Of a stretch of 64,000 nucleotides of DNA, positions 61,227 through 64,000 are shown in pieces; the first letter of the stretch is position 1; every line of letters starts with the position of its first letter. The stretch comes from Planctomycetota bacterium (GTDB lineage: Bacteria; Planctomycetota; B15-G4; JADJEK01). The notes beneath the pieces are model-generated. The model did no database searches. It saw only the letters and a list, made by a program, of their open reading frames with translations, and was not told where the DNA came from. The translations under genes were made by a program, and so were the position numbers. The stretch covers positions 32,001 to 96,000 of the forward strand of contig JBGAIQ010000002.1 in the NCBI GenBank assembly GCA_044225365.1. Direction: 5' to 3'.

Positions 61227-61252
61227 ACGAGTTCGAAGACGAGGATTTCGTA

Positions 61253-61783
61253 GTGCGCTACTTCGCAAAGGTCGGCAACCGAGACTTCGAGTTGGAACTG
61301 CGCACGAGTGCGCAGGGCCTCGAAGTCGTGTTCGGGGGCAAGACCTTCGCGATCGACTGCTCGTCCGTGAATGCCGGAGCGCGCGGCGACGGCACGGGAG
61401 AGAAGTTCTCGATCCTCATCGACCACCGCTCGTTCGACGTCATCGCCGACGGCGATGGACGCAAACTCTCTTTGATCGTCGACGGCCACGCGTATCACGC
61501 GGAGGTCGAGGACGAACGTGAACGCGCGATGAGCGCCATCGCGGGGCATGGCGGCCCCGCGGGCGGACTCGTCGAGAGCGTCATGCCCGGGATCGTTCGC
61601 AAGGTCGACGTCAAGGTCGGCGATGCGGTGAAGCCCGGCGATCGCCTCCTCGTGCTCGAGGCGATGAAGATGGAGAACGAGATCCGCGCCGAGCACGGCG
61701 GTCTCATCGACAAGGTACTGATTGCGGAGGGTCAGACGGTTGACGGCGGTCAACCCCTGGTCCTGATCGTCGCGGCGTCGTAG
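61253..61783 (+). CDS. Biotin carboxyl carrier protein with N-terminal BT-like domain
   Basis: MPGIV, LEAMKMENEI biotinylation motif; GTG start after GAGGA. Confidence 0.92.
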   Translation: MRYFAKVGNRDFELELRTSAQGLEVVFGGKTFAIDCSSVNAGARGDGTGEKFSILIDHRSFDVIADGDGRKLSLIVDGHAYHAEVEDERERAMSAIAGHGGPAGGLVESVMPGIVRKVDVKVGDAVKPGDRLLVLEAMKMENEIRAEHGGLIDKVLIAEGQTVDGGQPLVLIVAAS

Positions 61784-61824
61784 CCGCGGCAAATTCGTCG
61801 CCCCTGGACTCGGGAGGGAGTCCC

Positions 61825-64000
61825 ATGATGAAGATGACTACTGTTTCGTCGATCGGCGCACTGCTGATCGCAGCCCTCGCCGGACGTACGTCCGACGCGG
61901 GTGTTCCCCACGTTCTCGCCGGCAACGCTCCCCTCGTCGAACAGGAGGTGGGAGCTCAGCTCTCGCAATTGCTCCAGGCCAAGCGCGTGCGCGGCCGGGA
62001 CGGGATGCGCGAGACCGCGCGCACGATGCGGGTCGACGTCGCGGACGACGACTCGTTCGAGGTCGACCTGATCCCCAAGGACAAGAAGGGATTCAGCGTC
62101 GAGAAGCTGATGGCGCTCGGACTCGACGTCGTTCGCCATCGGAAGCACGCCACGACGATTCGCGCGACGCTCGATCAGATCGAGAACATCTCGCACATCG
62201 TCCCCGGACTGCAACACATCGACATCCCCGCGCCGGCCTGGCCGATGTCGGGTGAAGGCGTGATCGTCAGCGGCGGCCAGATCGCGCAGTTGAAGGGCGC
62301 GCGCGGAAGCGGCGTGAAGATCGCGATCATCGACCTGGGCTTCAACGGGCTCTCGAACCTCATCGAGGACGAGGACATCCCGGCCCCGATCGCGACGAAG
62401 GTCTACACCAAGACCGGACTCGAAGAGACCACGAACCACGGCACGCAGGTCGCCGAGGTCGTGAGCGAGATGGCGCCCGATGCCAGCCTCATCCTCATCA
62501 AGATCGCGAACGTCTCGCAGTTCGTCGACGCGGTGAGTTACGCCAAGACCCAGGGCGCGAAGATCATCAACGTCTCGATCGGTTTCCCGGGCGCCAACTA
62601 CGGCGACGGAACCGGCTCGGCCGCGGCGGCGCTCGACAAGGCGTTCGACCTCGGCGCGATCCCGGTCGTCTCCGCGGGCGACTTCGGTGACAAGCACTGG
62701 ATCGGTGGCTGGGCCGACAACTCGCCGGCGAATCGCGTCCTCGACTTCGATCAGGCGCTCGGCGACGAAGGACTCACCTTCGCAGCGAACAACGGCGATC
62801 CGGTCAAGGTCTACCTGACTTGGAACGACTTCCCGAAGACCAGCAAGGATCTGAAGCTCGAGGTCTTCTACACCGGCACGGCGCAGAACCCGCTGCCGAT
62901 GGATGCGACGACGCTTCAGGGCACGTCCGACGTGTGGCAGAAGGGCAACCAGGCTCCGCTTGAAGTCGTCGCCTTCACTGCGCCGCTCACGGGTCAGTAC
63001 TCGGCTCGCGTCACGCTGATGTCGAAGGACCCGACCAACCCGCAGCTCGAAGGACCGCCGCCGATCCCACCGAGCTCGGTGCAGCTCTTCGTTTCTCAGC
63101 CAATCGTCGACACGACGCTGCAGAGCAAGTGCAGCATCGTGACGCCGGGTGACTCCGAGAAGTCGATCACGGTCGGCGCGCTGGGCGTCGAGAACTGGCT
63201 CACGGGACCGATCCGTTCCTACTCGAGCCGCGGGCCGACGACCTCGGGCAAGGACAAGCCCGACATCTCCGGCCCGGATGGCGTCAGTGCGACGCTCGTC
63301 TCGCCGTTCTTCGGAACGTCGGCCGCGGCCCCGCACGTCGCTGGCGCCTGCGCCCAGATCTTCTCGGTGCAGTCGAACCTGACGGCTTCCGACGTGCGCG
63401 CGCGCGTGCTCGCCTACGCCGAGCCGATGGGAGACAAGTACGACTTCGGTAAGGGACGCCTCGACCTGACGGACGACTTCTTCCCCCCGACGCCGAATCC
63501 TCCGACCTTCGACAAGGTGGAGACGAAGGCCGATGCGACGGCGCTGCGCGTCGTCGTCTCGCCGCTGAACGACGAGACGGGGCCGGTCCAGTACCGAATG
63601 GAGATCTCGGGTACGACCGGGACGGGTCAGTCTGCGTTCGACTGGCAGCCGAGCAACGAGTTCCTCGACGACGGTCTCACGCCGAATCGCCAGTACAAGT
63701 ACAAGGTCCAGGCGCGTGACTCGGCGAATCCGCAGAACTACACAGTGCTCTCGAGCGAGACCAAGTTGCGGACGATGGCGGCGATTCCTCCGTCGCCCGA
63801 CGTCCTCGACGTCACGGCCGACACCGTGAAGCTGAGCTTGCTCGCGGGCATCAACCCGAGCGACGTCGAGTTCTCGCTCTTCTTCGTCGAGGACAATCGC
63901 TACCTCGCGCCCGATGGCTCGGAGAAGAAGACGCCGGTCTGGGCCACGATCTCCTCGTGGAAGAACGTCGTCGTCTCCGACCTCGATCCCGCCACGCCGT
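61825..64000 (+). CDS. Secreted S8 subtilase with downstream FN3-like domains (runs off window end)
   Basis: Open frame from ATG 61825 after GGAGGGAG; signal peptide; KIAIIDLG (Asp), NHGT (His), KPDISGP, FGTSAAAPHVAG (Ser); later LTPNRQYKYKVQARD. Confidence 0.9.
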   Translation, partial: MMKMTTVSSIGALLIAALAGRTSDAGVPHVLAGNAPLVEQEVGAQLSQLLQAKRVRGRDGMRETARTMRVDVADDDSFEVDLIPKDKKGFSVEKLMALGLDVVRHRKHATTIRATLDQIENISHIVPGLQHIDIPAPAWPMSGEGVIVSGGQIAQLKGARGSGVKIAIIDLGFNGLSNLIEDEDIPAPIATKVYTKTGLEETTNHGTQVAEVVSEMAPDASLILIKIANVSQFVDAVSYAKTQGAKIINVSIGFPGANYGDGTGSAAAALDKAFDLGAIPVVSAGDFGDKHWIGGWADNSPANRVLDFDQALGDEGLTFAANNGDPVKVYLTWNDFPKTSKDLKLEVFYTGTAQNPLPMDATTLQGTSDVWQKGNQAPLEVVAFTAPLTGQYSARVTLMSKDPTNPQLEGPPPIPPSSVQLFVSQPIVDTTLQSKCSIVTPGDSEKSITVGALGVENWLTGPIRSYSSRGPTTSGKDKPDISGPDGVSATLVSPFFGTSAAAPHVAGACAQIFSVQSNLTASDVRARVLAYAEPMGDKYDFGKGRLDLTDDFFPPTPNPPTFDKVETKADATALRVVVSPLNDETGPVQYRMEISGTTGTGQSAFDWQPSNEFLDDGLTPNRQYKYKVQARDSANPQNYTVLSSETKLRTMAAIPPSPDVLDVTADTVKLSLLAGINPSDVEFSLFFVEDNRYLAPDGSEKKTPVWATISSWKNVVVSDLDPATP

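Overview
High-GC bacterial chromosomal window of mostly housekeeping and envelope genes. The FG-GAP proteins with a YGSGCPG C-terminal domain and the many secreted propeller proteins tentatively suggest an uncultured Planctomycetota-like organism. Contents in order: a nine-gene arginine operon (argR-argG-X-argC-argD-argF'-argB-argE-argH) with ARG boxes; two tandem FG-GAP secreted paralogs; lon; a truncated Rpn gene; msrBA; a ROK kinase; an orphan DNA methyltransferase; an HtrA-like protease; a TIGR00300 protein; an S9 peptidase; a GT-C/GT2/ugd glycosylation neighbourhood; an RGG-rich protein; two-component genes; a transglutaminase; panB; a MacB-type ABC exporter; an ECF sigma/anti-sigma pair; a biotin carboxylase with its carrier protein; and a partial S8 protease. 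Best candidate for an undescribed system: the arg operon has no argA/argJ, its ArgF' carries the residue associated with N-succinylornithine specificity, and a DUF1611/DgcN-like P-loop gene (4548-5612) sits translationally coupled between argG and argC. That gene is a candidate new type of N-acyl (possibly succinyl) glutamate synthase. I saw no rRNA, tRNA, CRISPR or intact mobile element. All calls come from motif reading by eye, and start codons are best estimates.
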